From a virus (Duplodnaviria > Caudoviricetes), in IMG/VR virus record IMGVR_UViG_3300030493_000037, positions 1 through 35,047 of that record: 35,047 nucleotides of DNA, one strand, 5' to 3'. The notes beneath the pieces were generated by a model. It did no database searches. It had not been told where the DNA came from and saw only the letters and a list, made by a program, of their open reading frames with translations. The translations under genes were made by a program, and so were the position numbers. The first letter of the stretch is position 1; the number at the start of each line of letters is the position of its first letter. Below, piece after piece: positions 34,555-35,047 of the stretch.

Positions 34555-34594
34555 GGGGCGGCGTGCCTCCTCCTCCGAGCGCCGCCCCTTTTTT
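34555..34594 (+). terminator. Rho-independent terminator-like hairpin
   Basis: GGGGCGGCG-N16-CGCCGCCCC followed by T6. Confidence 0.65.
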
Positions 34595-34628
34595 GAGATT
34601 AGATGACAGCAATTTGAAGGGAGATCTA

Positions 34629-34925
34629 ATGGTAGCGAAAGAGTCGAAGTACAAGATAGTCCGCACGTACAGCGCGGGCGTGTTCTTCGGTGAGATCGTC
34701 TCACGGAAGGGCAAAGAAGTAACGATGAAGAACGCTCGTCGCCTCTGGTATTGGGATGGCGCAGCGAGCCTGTCACAACTAGCTCAGAGCGGCACATCGA
34801 AGCCGCTGAACTGCAAGTTTCCGGCCGCAGTGACAAAGGTTGTGCTGACTGAGGCGATCGAGATCTTGGACGTGATGCCGGCGGCAGCAAAGTCCATTCA
34901 GGGAGTGCCCATATGGGCGCAGTAG
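34629..34925 (+). CDS. DUF6948-like small phage protein
   Basis: IVRTYSAGVFFG...NARRLWYWDGAASLSQLA..G...CKF...LTEAIEI...A..SI..VP.W; AAGGGAG RBS. Confidence 0.8.
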   Translation: MVAKESKYKIVRTYSAGVFFGEIVSRKGKEVTMKNARRLWYWDGAASLSQLAQSGTSKPLNCKFPAAVTKVVLTEAIEILDVMPAAAKSIQGVPIWAQ

Positions 34926-35047
34926 GGTCCGGGTCCGGGTACGGGTCCGGGTACGGGGACGGGTACGGGGCCGGGTCCGGGTACGGGTACGGGTCCGGGT
35001 CCGGGTACGGGTACGGGTCCGGGTACGGGGACGGGTCCGGGTACGGG
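34913..35047 (+). CDS. Gly-Ser/Tyr/Asp dipeptide repeat protein (partial)
   Basis: GGAG 7 nt before ATG 34913; MGAVGSGSGYGSGYGDGYGAGSGYGYGSGSGYGYGSGYGDGSGYG... open to the window end. Confidence 0.6.
   Translation, partial: MGAVGSGSGYGSGYGDGYGAGSGYGYGSGSGYGYGSGYGDGSGYG
34925..35047 (+). repeat. Tandem hexamer array (GGG[T/G][C/A]C) x 20+
   Basis: 20 full units plus GGG; only GGGTCC, GGGTAC, GGGGAC and GGGGCC occur. Confidence 0.97.

Noticed and set aside
34925-35047. CRISPR array or true telomere
   Set aside because: The units are contiguous hexamers with no spacers or cas genes. The array begins in an RBS-led reading frame within a phage operon.

Overview
The window is ~35 kb of a GC-rich temperate podovirus-like phage, densely coding and mostly on the + strand. 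Its modules in order are: head-tail/tail and DNA-ejection genes (1-16.4 kb, ending in an 1884-aa LPD38-type polyvalent protein); a minus-strand tyrosine recombinase plus Xis-like HTH pair (16.3-17.3 kb); a block of fibre/depolymerase-like proteins that nearly all carry Sec-type signal peptides (17.4-25.7 kb); a lysis region with an M15 peptidase and an alpha/beta hydrolase (25.6-29 kb); a divergent RHH/Cro-like switch with a palindromic operator; a full-length integrase; small early genes; a probable attP made of the 3' half of tRNA-Arg(CCG) flanked by IHF-like sites; DUF5131; and a DUF6948-like gene followed by a (GGG[T/G][C/A]C)n array running off the window. Phage genes lie on both sides of the tRNA fragment, which suggests the excised form. 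An Acidobacteriota host is a weak impression only. Family names come from motif recognition, not database searches. The best candidates for new biology are the signal-peptide-bearing fibre module, the recombinase cassette that appears to separate that module's first gene from its start codon, and the G-rich hexamer array.
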